A DNA stretch of 63,798 nt, counting the filler, from Choristocarpus tenellus KU-1152 (lineage: Eukaryota; Protista; Phaeophyceae), in NCBI GenBank assembly GCA_964200185.2. It is 14 parts of 14 records of this genome, joined end to end, with 100 filler letters (N's around TTAATTAATTAA, not from the genome) between each part and the next. Parts side by side here need not be neighbours in the genome. Positions count along the whole stretch, not along the records: positions 46,603 to 49,974 come from CAXNAD020020468.1; positions 50,075 to 60,945 come from CAXNAD020002659.1; positions 61,046 to 63,798 come from CAXNAD020025039.1; 11 more parts are not named here. One strand, given 5' to 3'. Positions 48,774 through 61,100 of this stretch are shown here, piece after piece (positions within the stretch are counted from its first letter, which is position 1; every line of letters begins with the position of its first letter). The notes under the pieces are model-generated. The model was not told where the DNA came from and did not search any database. It saw only the letters and a program-made list of their open reading frames with translations. The translations under genes and the position numbers were made by a program.

Positions 48774-49956
48774 TTGTTGGTGATGGAAAACATCTTATTG
48801 TGCTTTAATTACCCAAGGGTTATGAAGATAACATCTCAGGAATATTGGTACCAAAGTGCTTGTCACTGTGTTGATCAAGCTACAATGCCTCAGCTAGTGT
48901 AAATGCGAATGGAAAACTATTGTTCCCTATTCTTGGTTGTGGGTTGTGCTAGGCCACAACAGATGTCTCAAGAGGAACTGCACTGAGTCGAAGGGTATTT
49001 TAAGGAATTGGATAAGTGATTACCTTTGTGGGTGGATCATTACATTTGATTATTACCTTGCATCCCTGAAAGCAAAACTTTAAATATCCTGTGTTTGTCA
49101 AGAAAGGATTTGTCCGCTTCTATTCTGAGGAATCTGTATACTATCTAATCCTTTTGATTTGAACGTGAAAACTCGATTACTCACCTTCGAGTCATAATGT
49201 TAATAACCCTTATATTCGGAGTTCTAGAATAATGAGATCCAGTTTTCTTCCAGTTCCAATCTTTTGGACTATTTGGAGCAGAAACCGTGTGCCCGCCTAC
49301 GAGGAACACAGTCAGCTCCCACTGAGTGAGCTCAAAACAAAATTTTATTTGCTTAAGGGGCAAACCATTGAGAGGGCCGAGGGATCCCAACGATTTCCTG
49401 CTTAAGATAAAGGATTCAAACTTATAAATGACCATCCCGAGTTTTCACATCAATTACTCTTTTTGCGGGTATGGTGAAAACAAGTTCGGAGATGAAAAAA
49501 GAGTTGCATGGGGATCTTCTTCCATTCGAAACTCGACAAAAAAGGGATGAAGTCCTGACCACCCCATATGTGTATGGACCCATCAAAACATCCATTTGAG
49601 TGTGGTTAAGAAATATGCGTACACTTTTTAAGGAAAAAACGCCAAAAAAGTAGCGGGTAAATCGTCCACGAGTTTGCCTTGAAAAAGGATTCAAACCTTC
49701 ATCTCTACCTCTTTCAGTGGAATCTGATGTTGTATCGGACCAGCAACCTACTTTGTGATTAGTAGATGTAGCAATAGGGACATCACCTTGAGGGTTCGAA
49801 GCAAGAGCATGTGGCATGTTCTTGACAACAATGGCGGCGGCAATTGATTGAGTCGGGTGTGCTTGTGAAGAGTGTGATCGTTCTTCGGCTATTGCGGCAG
49901 AGGGAGGTGGAGAAGATTGAGAAGACTCTGGAGTTGGCACCCCTTGGTCACAGGGA

Positions 49957-50074
49957 GACCCAAAGTATCTGGGGNNNNNNNNNNNNNNNNNNNNNNNNNN
50001 NNNNNNNNNNNNNNNNNNTTAATTAATTAANNNNNNNNNNNNNNNNNNNNNNNNNNNNNNNNNNNNNNNNNNNN

Positions 50075-50110
<36 letters not shown>

Positions 50111-50145
50111 CTGCACTAGGGTGTCCATTTGGACCTCAATCAGGT
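49957..50145 (+). mobile_element. MITE family B left half spanning an assembly gap
   Basis: gacccaaagtatctgggg[gap](g)n tctgcactagggtgtccatttggacctcaatcagg. Confidence 0.75.
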
Positions 50146-51176
50146 GTTGCGAAAATGGTGCATTTGGTTGTCTTCAGTCGTGGAGGGTTGATCCTTTTTT
50201 GACGGAGTGTGGCATATTCTGCATCTAGGATGTGTGCTTGGTGCTTGGATACGTGTGGACTCTGTGATGATGTCAAGAAAGTCGCCCTTATGTAGAATTT
50301 TGGTTAGGCAGTTGTGCCTGTTTTCCGACACAAGGTGTGGAATAGGAGTTACCTGTTGTACATTTTTCGCCTTGAGGTTTTGACCCTGGTGCTAAGTACG
50401 GGAAGGTATTCCATCTGTGTCAGTTTGGCTGTCTGTCCATCACCTTAGTGCCTGAGCATTGCAAAGAGGTGAAGAAGACTTGTGAGTTGCATACACTGGG
50501 ACATGATCATGGACGAATTGTTTGAAATTAGATTGCCATTGTTATTGGGGTATACATTATGTCGCTTAGGGTTAGCGCCGTGTCACATAAACATCCTGGA
50601 GTACGTTATGTGGGAGAGACGGGTCGGTGTCTAATTTGTCCGTATAGGATAGAAGGTGTGCTGCATGCAATGGACCATGCTATAAAACAGGACACGACAT
50701 AATCATCGCATTGTAATGTTTCTTGAGTTATGATTAAATAACAGCTACACCTATAACACACACACCAGAAAATCTTAAATCTGATGTCTAAATTCTACTA
50801 CCCCTGTGCCATAAGTTTGTCCCACGAAATATCTGGGCTTGTCAAACGAGAACGGTGCCGAATCGGACGATAACCCTACAGAATGAATCGGGTTGACAAT
50901 CTCAGCTTTCAGAAAAGATGGGGGTCGAGGATCATCAGGTACAAACTCGAGGTGCTTCAAGCCGTCAAAGAAGAGGTCTTTTGGGGCTTTTTTGAGGCCT
51001 GAACTGGGCACGTTGAGGATCAGAACGTCAGCATGGCAACCCCCTCGTTAACTCCCCCGCGTTGGGAGGGTGCCCAAGTGTCCCTGAATACCAGGATTGT
51101 GCTTGCAGTGCAGCACGCCCTCGCGATGGTCCCTGGTGGGCATAAACTGCCGCGACACATTGGACCGGCCCTCACA

Positions 51177-51434
51177 GATTGAAAGTATCTTAGAGGGTAC
51201 GGGTTTTGCCCTGTTTGTCCATTTTGGTGCTTGGCTTCCCACGATTCTTTTCATGACATTTTCCTACTCCAAAATGTTTCGGAGTAGGGAAATGTATGAG
51301 TTATGAAAAGGTTGTTCCGGAATAAGGATATTGATACTTCCTGACAAGCACGATAGCCAATATTACACCAAATCGCAACAATGGATTTTGGTCCCCAAAT
51401 GGACGCGGCTCTACCCTCTAAGATACTTTGGCTC
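51177..51434 (-). mobile_element. MITE family A, full length, just downstream of the last identified metalloprotease exon
   Basis: ga(t)tgaaagtatcttagagggtac ... taccctctaagatactttggctc. Confidence 0.9.
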
Positions 51435-51493
51435 TTACGTCCATTTTATTCCATCCTCTATTGATCTTCAAATTGCAGGACAAAGGCACTCAC

Positions 51494-53205
51494 TGGTCTT
51501 TTTTCTTTCCCTCGCAGACACGGTAACCATATGCATATCCATAACCCTCATCGCCATTATTGATGTCATGATCACACCCCAAGTTGTGTCCGATCTCATG
51601 GGTATGTGCAAAATATTCGAAACAGAAAACATCCAACGCTGAGTAACCATAGTCAATGCTCCTAGAATCAAGTGGATTCAAGAAGTACCTGAAAAGTAAG
51701 AAATTTGAAGCAGTGTGAGAGTGAGTAGGCATTCTTTACATTAGAGTCCTATTCATCTATTCCTGTGTATCACGTTCTTAGGATAAATAGTGTTTTGTTG
51801 AGTCTCTCAATGCTGATGATTTTCTGTGCCTGAGTGTGTAATGTAAAACAGAAATTCAAGGATGAGGGTTAGGGAAAATATTTATCTGGGATTAAACCAA
51901 GTCAGATGCTTTACAACCTGACAATATGTCCAATGATTAATAATATTTTCTCACGCTAAGCCACAGAGGTCGTCGTTAGGGAAGTTACCAACGATCTGCA
52001 CAAGATCAGCACTGTGCTCATCGCGCAGGGTGAAGGCATCTTTCACATCTCCATTTCGAAGGTCAGTCAACGCTCTGTCCATATTCTTCGGATTCTCCTT
52101 GTAGCTTGTCTTCATCAGAAGTCGTGTGATGGGAGAAATTAAAAAAAATGTGAGTTAATGTTGAGTCAAAGGTTCCCTAGGTTGAATTCGAAGGATGCTA
52201 AATAGTGTGCAAAATTTTGGTAACATGTTAATGCCCTTCTTATACTTCTTGTGCTTCAGTGAAAATGTTCGGGATATGTTTTTCAAGGTACAAAATAAAA
52301 AACATACGACAAATATTTGTTTCTCGAGATCAGAGTGCCTGCACTGCTTCACACAAGGAAATGTGTAAACCTTAAGAGAGAGAAAATCCTATGCGAATAA
52401 AGAATACTCGAGAGGAAGATGCAATTCCATATCCAGAACCATGGTCCAAGAGGTTACGGATGGTGAGCTCAAGGCGCACATTGGACCGCATAAAACCTTC
52501 ATGCTCATTGCAGTAAATATTTATTTCTTACAATTGCCAGTCATTAGAAGATAAGAACAGTCTTCAAGATCTTAGCAGTCTTCTTGAATTGACCATTTTT
52601 GCGTGTACCTTTTTGTCTCACCTTGGCTATGCGCACAACATTGAAGGTAAGATCAATTTCAGAGTTTCTGAGGGCTTGGTTTGACCCCTGAAATGCTGCA
52701 ACAATTTCAGATTCCAACTGATCTGCCGAACTTGTTATGGCGTCGTTGGTGTAGATGAGAAGAAGATCAATCTGAAACAAGGATTACAGTATTCCGTAAT
52801 AATCAGGAATTTGGCTTGTGTTACACTTGGGATTTTAGGCACTTGATTGTAGACAAAAGATTGAAGCGTGTGGAAATGTTTCTGGTAACAAGATTGTGGA
52901 CCTAGACATGCATTACTGTGTTGTCTGAATTAGTTCACAGCTGAATTTGTGGTATGTGTAATGTGGGATGTTTTTCTCGAAGAAGATCTTGTGATTGTTC
53001 AATTCAAGAGTAAAATATTGTAAACACTAGCCTGACTGCCATCATCTAGTCTTCGACCACTGGGCATGACCACTCGATCATGGGAGAGTCGCTTCAGACC
53101 CATTTCGTGAAAGACCTCCTTGTCCTCATCAGTTGCTGACAAATACTCCTGACTTGTTGTACGGTCAGGTAACCAGAAAATCAGGGCGCAGCAGAGAAGG
53201 AACAT
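51494..53205 (-). CDS. Secreted zinc metalloprotease (reprolysin-like M12B / peptidyl-Asp metalloendopeptidase-like), 3'-partial
   Basis: Exons 53205-53032 (hydrophobic N-terminus MFLLCCALIFW, then RRL), 52771-52622 (IDLLLIYT...SNQALRNSEID), 52109-51955 (LRDEHSADLVQ...CGLA) and 51688-51494 (HEIGHNLGCDH...YAYGYR). Phases are consistent. The Met-turn exon was not found. Confidence 0.87.
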
Positions 53206-53739
53206 GTTATTGATAATTACGCACCGCTGTAAAATAAGGATGATACACTCTAACCAATTCCTGGAACAATTTGAACAAGAACTAGTGTGTTCATGTGGAA
53301 ATAATCATGTGGAACAGATACAACTATGTAACCTTTATCAAAGACATAGACCACACCACAACTTTGATAACATCAAGTCAAAATGGTTGCTGCATGTTAC
53401 CTGAGGAGCCGGCCACTGGTCGCACCTGCGGATGCCTACATGTTCTGACCCCAATTCACACAAGAGTTCTTAACACATAAATGACAAAAATACGGCGAAT
53501 TCATGAAAGCATACAAGAATCCACTCTCAATTTCCTTCTCATTTGGTTTTAGTGCATTACTTTTCTTAAAATATATATATGGTGGAGTGGGTAGAGATCG
53601 GTATATTTTCTTGTATCAGGCTACACACTAGTAAAGGGCAATAATCCCAAGATACGCTTTCAACACAGGTACCACTAGACAATGCACACATTATACAGGT
53701 CAAACGTATTGGGTTAGTACATTTTCATCATTGCCATCC

Positions 53740-56258
53740 TACATTCAACAAGCAATACAGCAACAGCCTCACCTCCAGCAATTCGACGTCATGGTTTTTG
53801 GCAGCAACTTCAGAATTATTTTCATTATCCCATTTCATCCCAGTTGCTCGAAGTCCACGTTTAGGAGCGTCATCCATGTGGACAAGATATTTGGACGACA
53901 TTCTCTTTGTTCGCCTATGCTCGATCTATTTGGAGGTATTCAAAGTCCGTAGGCAGTATTACATCAGTGGTAATATCAGGTTTCATAAACATCATCCTAA
54001 AAAAAACAAAAGGGTACGGAGGAGGACAAAAACATAGCCTTTGTAAAATTCAAATTGGCGAAAGAGCTTCATACTTTGACTGCATTCAGCCTACCTCGAC
54101 CATGCAGATATCCTTGTCATCCCGAGCTTGACAGGGCACAGACTTCAGAATGGATTTTGCACCATTCACAGTTTCTGAGACTATCTTGAGATGAAAACTC
54201 TACAGGAAGTCAAAGGAAAGAAAATGGAATAAATGAGCGCAGGTGGTAAGATATGAATGAATTATTGTCAAGTGAAATATGCCATCTAACCCTAGATTCA
54301 TGAAGTCTAACCTCAACCAAAATCGATAGTTCCACAGGTTTTTTCCTTTGCATTACTTTTCAAGCTTAATCAAACTTTCATACTCCTAGAGTGTACCCTC
54401 CGGAGCATCTATTTCAATCTCCAGTGTCCTAAGGTTTATTTAGTTGTGGGACAACAATATAACAGTCTCTGGCAACAAAGTGTATACGTTGACATATGAC
54501 CTTACCTCAATGTCACAGTCATCTGTCCAAGTCATGGAGACGGTCCGAGAAAGGTTGGTGCCCTTTGCTGACGAATCAACAATATCACCCATCCAAACCT
54601 GTTTAAAAGCGAATGTCAGTGATTATGAAGAGTGTGCCGTGCTAAGGGATCATACTCATTGAATTCTGTACGTTCAGATATTACCAACTGCCCAATAGAT
54701 CGATCACTACTTCTTGATTCTAAGTTCCTTACATCACATTTAAAGAGCAAAAATATATCATTCCCTCCGTGGTTAGGTAAAATGCGACATTCACCAATAC
54801 CTAGAGCAAGCTAGAGGCCCACCACAGGCAATAATACCATGGTATATGAAAGATACTTAAATTTCGCATCATCATCACCAATCCTATTGAGTATTTGTGT
54901 TAGACTATCTTCCAACAAATAATAACTACCATGCAGGTAGATCTCTTGTTACGAATAGTCAAGTCCAAGCAATTGTTTATATGGATCGTTGCGGTGTCAC
55001 CTTTTGGGAGTAAAACCAAAATTACTGTTCAATTTAACAGCTCAAATAGTTAGTAAAATGCTTATCCATCCAATCATGTCCATACTCATTCTTTTTGACT
55101 ACTGAGGCAAATTATTCACAATATCTCACCTTTCTGGCTTTGTTATTCGAGAATGCGCTGCCATCCAAGACCTTAAAGTTTGTTAAAGATGCAAGGACAA
55201 TCTGGTGTATTGTAAGACACAGAGCAACAGAGGTGAGGGAAAGGAGGAAAAAATGTTTCTAGGACTTGACTGATACAGATCACATATTCTTGTTTAAAAC
55301 TAGAAATTGGACAAGAAAAAAATGCCATAAACATTTTGTAGACGTTATGATCAGAGGTACTACCAAGTGTAATTCTGAGTGCCAACTATGCCGTCAAGGA
55401 TGTCCATTTTTTCTTCGTAGTATCAAGGAGAAAACCTTGCATCGGTGACTCTAAAAGCACAAAAGTAGGATACCATCACACTATCAGCACATAAAGGTAA
55501 AGGACAGGGAAATCTGGGTAGCAATAGGGTATTTCGAAACAGCAAAAGTGTGAACATAGAGTACTCTACCCTAACATACCTCTTGATTACTTAGGGAAAA
55601 CTGGAGCTGTGAAGCATCTTCAGCAATCTTGAGAGTGTTGCAGTCATAATGATCCCAGTTCAATGCCAGTCACTGAAGCATTTGGGGCGGGCACAAAAGG
55701 AATCATGGGGTGTGAGTGACCTTCCATTCTCACAACCAACATCTAGATTTGTTGTGAATCGTCTTCAACAAAAGACTGTTGTCAAGGGTATGTTGTACAC
55801 TCTGGATAGAGTATTTAGGAATGACCTTGATCACACAATTGACGTACATGGCTAAGAATGCACTATAAATACATTAGAAGATTTTGTACCAACTCTAATA
55901 AACTACCCAAGTACAAAAAATGACCAATATTGAACAATATATCTGGGACTTCACATCTTCCTCCTCGACATATGCATCATTCAATTGTGTAAGGATAAGC
56001 TTGTCTACCACGTTTCATCTCTCCTTCTAACAAGTTGAATTTTTTTCCTCTCTTTTTCTCACCTTTGGCTTGGGTGTCCTTCTCGATCCTTGATGTTACA
56101 TCTCTTACGATCAAATCTTCGGAGAGATATTTTAAACTTGCAAACCCTACAGAAGGGACTTTATTGTCAAGAATTGCATTTGCTCGTTGACTAGATGCGT
56201 TGAGCACCAACATCACGACCACCACAAAAAAAGAATCCTGGGAGATCTTCATTTCCAC
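53740..56258 (-). pseudogene. Multi-exon pseudogene-like region, product unknown
   Basis: Several AG/GT-bounded coding-like blocks (e.g. IVLASLTNFKVLDGSAFSNNKARK at ~55130-55201; VWMGDIVDSSAKG...WTDDCDIE at ~54506-54598) and a hydrophobic N-terminus at 56258; neighbouring blocks contain stops or frameshifts. Confidence 0.35.
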
Positions 56259-56357
56259 TCAAGTTTCCCCTCTGCTCCCAATTAGTGGCTCTGTTACGGC
56301 AAGGAATTGACGTTAGTATATTTATAACTGGTGCTTTTGCCAATTGAAATATTTTAA

Positions 56358-56608
56358 GAGTCAAACCAACTGAAATTTAAGCAGGGTTGCATTTCAAGGA
56401 TCTTAAGAAAGGAAAAACAAATGCCATTTGAACAGCTACAGAAAGAGTCTTTGCTGTCACTTTGTGTCGGGAAGAGGGAGGGGATATTGATTTTGCGTAC
56501 ACTATCGTGTACACACAGCAATGAAATAGAGTGAATAGCACAAGTACGAAAGATTGCTAAGAAGGCAAAAAGGGTTCAAACCTGACTACCTCTCAATTGA
56601 TTTGGTGC
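56358..56608 (+). mobile_element. MITE family D
   Basis: gagtcaaaccaactga...gcagggttgc...tgtcactttgtgt...aaacctgactacctctcaattgatttgg. Confidence 0.8.
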
Positions 56609-58189
56609 CATTGGTCACACGATTGGTACATACAAGATGTTAGTGGTAGATACTTCTGAGGCCTTCCAAAAGCTCAGACAAGGAATATTTATGTATATTC
56701 GTAGGATCGGCAGAGCAAGACTCTTTTCCGGTGGTACATCGTTATTATGATTTGGAACTACACCAAATACGCAACGAGCAGGCATCCAGCTTTTCCAGGG
56801 AAGCCTTCTTCCTCTTACCACCGCATCATTGTCTGACTTCCAACTTCAATCCCCCTCTTGATGTATCTACAGTGGAGCATTGTAGGTCATTTCTCTTCGA
56901 AACGCGAGCAGACAGGGTCGAGGAATTTTCCATCTATCACCCGTTCTGCACAAAACATGGAGAAGGAGAAGAAAAGAGTAATGGTGTTCAAATACCAGCA
57001 AATCCTATATCTCGTCGAGCTATCTTTAGGAGTCCATTGTAAAACCCTTCGCCCCATACTAACTCCGTTGCCATTCCCACTCAGCCTTGAGAATCATGCG
57101 GTGCTATTTCAGGGGTGATTATCATCGTGTGCTGTTAGGATCAAGACAACCAACCAACGTGTTCAAGAGAGTCAACCTGTTGTCGCGATATGCATTTTGT
57201 ACAGAACGCTATAATTCAGTAGGCAACCTACAACACCAAGTGAATCCTATGAGCTACATTTCGCCAAGATATTTCTAGTTACTGCACCCACGCACCTCAC
57301 CCGTCGACGTTAGGGATGATGGTGTGGATAAAGTATGGATAGATGGTATGTATACAACCAGTAATGCTGATCATGCGGACAATCTTTCTTTTAACGATGC
57401 AAATGCACATATGTAAATGGTATGGTACGATTTTAATAGTCCTATTGTAAATATATTATATTTATTATATTATTATGCCCTCTGACATTTTGCAGATGTG
57501 ACGGGGGGGAAACCATTGAACCTATTGTACTGTAGTATGAACTCATTTCGTTCGATGAATGTCTTTCTTGCTAGTATATATTATTGTTTATGGTTTTTTG
57601 ATGACCTAATGTACTAGAAAATAACTTTCTAAGAACAAACATATGAGAACACTTCGACAACTTTATAGAATTGTGGAATATTTACTAGGAAAAGCTTGAA
57701 TATATAATTCCTATTGAATTGGAAAGATGCTAAAAAATATTCAAAATAACAATATTTCAATTCTTCAAACTCTCTACAAACACCTCACCTCTCCAACCAA
57801 AGTGAGAGTTAATGAAGTAATCTGAGTTTTGTGGGCGGAAGAATTCTGGTTGGTTGGGGGCACATGACAAGAGTGGGTGGGGGAAAGAAAAAGAAGGAAG
57901 TAGGAGGAGAAGGAATGGTTAAGGAAGGGACGAGATGGTTAATGGAAATGAGTGGTAGATAAAGGGAAGGACAGCAGCCAGTCAGTGAAAAAAGGGAGAT
58001 AAAACCAGGGGTACAAGACGAGGAGGGGAGACCAAGGCAACCTCCGAGCAAGCTTCTCGCTTTTCCAGCATATGGGCAATATGGCAGACAGGAGAGACAA
58101 CGAGATTGAGTGGGCTGAGATGGCGCGGGAAAATAGGGGTGAAAACGAGGGGACAAGAAAAGGGGAAGAAGGAGAAAAAAAGGACTGAG

Positions 58190-59465
58190 GGATGGGCAGA
58201 AGAATAGGGATGGAAGGAACAGGAAGAAGAGATGGGAACAATGGCGGTGCAGAGGATGCAGTCACGAATCGAAATGGCTCAACGGGAAATGGGAATCTTC
58301 AAGACAGGGGAGAGAGAGAAGACAGGTGTGGAGGACAGGGACGAACGAGAGTAGAGGAGCGAGAGCAACCACAGCCAACCAAAAACCCAGAACGACGAGA
58401 TTAGCAAGCTGACAGAAAGAATGGGCGGTATGATGGAGATTCTACAAGAACTATGTCGGTCGAGAACATCAGAAAAAGGGGGAGAAGAAAGAGGGATGGG
58501 AAGGGGAGCAGGAGCGATAAGGGAGAGAGAATCGATATCACCAACATCGATGGGAGAAAGGTTTCAAGAGAAGTCATTGATGCAAGCGTGGAACAGGGTG
58601 GTTGTGAAGAAGTATTTTATACTCCTGGTTTCATTCCCCTATTTATAAGAACAGGGAATGCCAGGACAACGAAGTACGAGCTACAGAGGATCGTGGAGGA
58701 GACAGCAGAAGTGACGGAAGAGGTGGCAGCACAGCTAGAATACTGGGCAGGTTTTACGATCAGGGACTACTTACCAAAGGGGGAGCTCAGGAGGAACATT
58801 CAAAGGGGACTACGAATTACCCGGCAACTTGACTGCTTTGTGGTAGCCATGGTGAGGTTATGTAAATATGGGGAGAGTTGGAATAGGGGGAAAAGAAGGA
58901 CAGAACGGGTGATTGATGATTTGGAAGAGGCTCGGCGTATGTTCGCATGTTCTACGGTGCCAACAAACCAACGTTGGTAGAGAGTCCATGGATTGTGGAA
59001 CTAATTTTCAGAGCAGTGGAGGAGGACCTAATGTGCTGGGAAAAGCGGTTGGCGGCAGCGGCTGATATAATAGGTAACAAATTTAACGTACCACCTCCCC
59101 GTGACACGCTGTTACCACTCCCGCCGAGCCCGCACTTCACATGTGTAGAAGCGACATTGGCGCAGGCAAAGAACATGCTGCCTGCCCTGTATAGCACTGA
59201 GTCCCGCTCCCGATCCATGAAGAGGGTGGGGGCATGGGGGGAGACAAGGGCTTCAAAATCTCCCAGAGCTGAAGACAGAAATAGAGCAGGAGTATCAAGA
59301 GGGGGGGGAAGGACCTACAACCCGTGTTTTGCGTGGAAGTTAGGAAAGGAGTGTGACTTCCTGAAAAGGAACAATTTCTGCAAATACGACCATTTCGAAG
59401 GAGGGGAAGAAGAGAAAGAGAAGGAAGCCCAGACCGAGGCCAAGGCTAAAAAGAAAGACCCGTGA
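58190..59465 (+). mobile_element. gag-like ORF1 of a DIRS/Ngaro tyrosine-recombinase retrotransposon (frameshifted)
   Basis: Purine-rich ORF pieces 58421-58648, 58453-58980 and 58947-59465 end in a CCCH-like finger CFAWKLGKECDFLKRNNFCKYDH, directly upstream of a DIRS-type RT. Confidence 0.65.
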
Positions 59466-59599
59466 AGACGCGGACCCACCCCTATCCTGGGGGGGGCGGC
59501 AGGAAGAGACCAATGGACGTCAAGACTACCACAACATAGACAAGAGACGTCAGGGATTCCAACACCAGGGTCAATATGCCGGACATTCAAAGGTATAGG

Positions 59600-60945
59600 G
59601 GGGGGGGGAAGGGGAATGACGGATGACTTCTAAGATTGGTTGAGAGCATGGCAAGATTGGAAGAGAGAAAAGGATGGGGTAATGTTAGTGGAGTGACTGG
59701 AGGAGTCGGCAAGAAAAGGGGAAGTATTTATAGGAGAGTGTGGGGGGGACTTGGTGACTCTAGTGGATAGGTTAGGGGAAAGATGGAGTCCCAAACGGTT
59801 GAATTGGGAGACGATTGATGACCATTTTGGGAAAAAGGTTGGGTTCCCACAGATAGAGTAACTCCAACAGGTAGTGAACAAGGGAGTACCAGTGTGCGTA
59901 GGGGGAATAGGCAGAGTTAAGGAGAGACTAGAGCATGGAAACCACACGAGTGCAAGAAGTAGGAAGAAGGCCCTACTAGAAAAGGTAGTGAGTGATGTGA
60001 CCCAGGGTAGAGCTTTGGTGTCCCCAAAAAGGATGTGGGGGAAGATCCCAGGATTGCAGGTGTCCCCAGTTGGTGTCATTCAAGAACCCACGAAAGTAAG
60101 GATTATTCACGACTTGTCGTACCAGCAAGAGAGTTGGGGGCCGAGCGTGAATGACCAGAGAGAGTTAAAGGATGCCCCCCCCATACATTGTGAAACAGTT
60201 ATAGGAGACTTGATTAGGAGAATTGTGGGATTAAGAAAGAAGTTCCCGGGGGCGAGGATTATGATTAGTAAGATGGATGTGAAAGATGCCTGTCGCCAAG
60301 TACCAGTAGAACCACAAGGGGCAGCAAAGTTTGGATATTGTGTTGGAGACTTGCTAGTGATCGATTTTAGACTACAATTTGGGTGGAGGAATAGTCCGGG
60401 GTGGTGGGACCTATTAGCGAGTGCCCTAGAATTTTCACACTGTCATACAGATCCCAAGTCGACAGTAGTCCTCAAAGAAGCAGAACTAATTGCAGTAGGT
60501 GTAACGTACTCGAAGCAGGAAGGCAGGAGGGAGTTTAGGACAATAGATGAGACATGGAAGGTGCAGGACATAGCAGGGGGTGGGGTGGAGGACCCTTTTT
60601 TTGCCAGAATGTACGTAGATGATAGCATTTTGGTAGATCCGCAATGGTTTGAAGATGGGCGGAGACTGAAGCTAGCAACAAATTTCCTAGTCTCCGACCA
60701 CATACGGTTGCTAGGCCAGAGAGACGTAGACGAACCCCCCATTCTGTCAGTAATTGTTTTTAAACAGGATGGCATACTACACAGGTAGTGGTAGGATGGA
60801 GGATAGATACAGAAAATATGACCATTGCTCTACCAGAGGGAAAGCTGAAGGGACTGAAGTCATTGTTAGGGGAATGGCCAGAATCGAGGTTGGTAGCGAG
60901 GGTGCAGGAGGTATGGGTGTTGCTGGGCCGACTATTTCACATGTC
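59600..60945 (+). mobile_element. DIRS/Ngaro-type reverse transcriptase (pol), truncated by gap
   Basis: SPVGVI..PTKVRIIHDLS...SVND...SKMDVKDACRQVPV...DFRLQFGWRNSPGWW...YVDD...(frameshift)VGWRIDTENMTIALPEGKL...LLGRLFH; premature stops upstream of 59874. Confidence 0.9.
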
Positions 60946-61045
60946 NNNNNNNNNNNNNNNNNNNNNNNNNNNNNNNNNNNNNNNNNNNNTTAATTAATTA
61001 ANNNNNNNNNNNNNNNNNNNNNNNNNNNNNNNNNNNNNNNNNNNN

Positions 61046-61100
61046 GGTCAAGTCCATCCTCAATGAAAAGTTCCATCCTCAATTTTTGAAATCCCCTGTT
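61046..61100 (-). mobile_element. MITE family E, one end next to gap
   Basis: Near reverse complement of 27366-27420. Confidence 0.8.

Noticed and set aside
48900-49940. Minus-strand ORFs as a MULE/hAT transposase
   Set aside because: Coding-like but no diagnostic catalytic or zinc-finger motif that I can support.
5625-61045. Regularly recurring TTAATTAATTAA flanked by N runs as a biological repeat or CRISPR-like array
   Set aside because: Fixed 44+12+44 layout with six-frame stops: an artificial contig linker.
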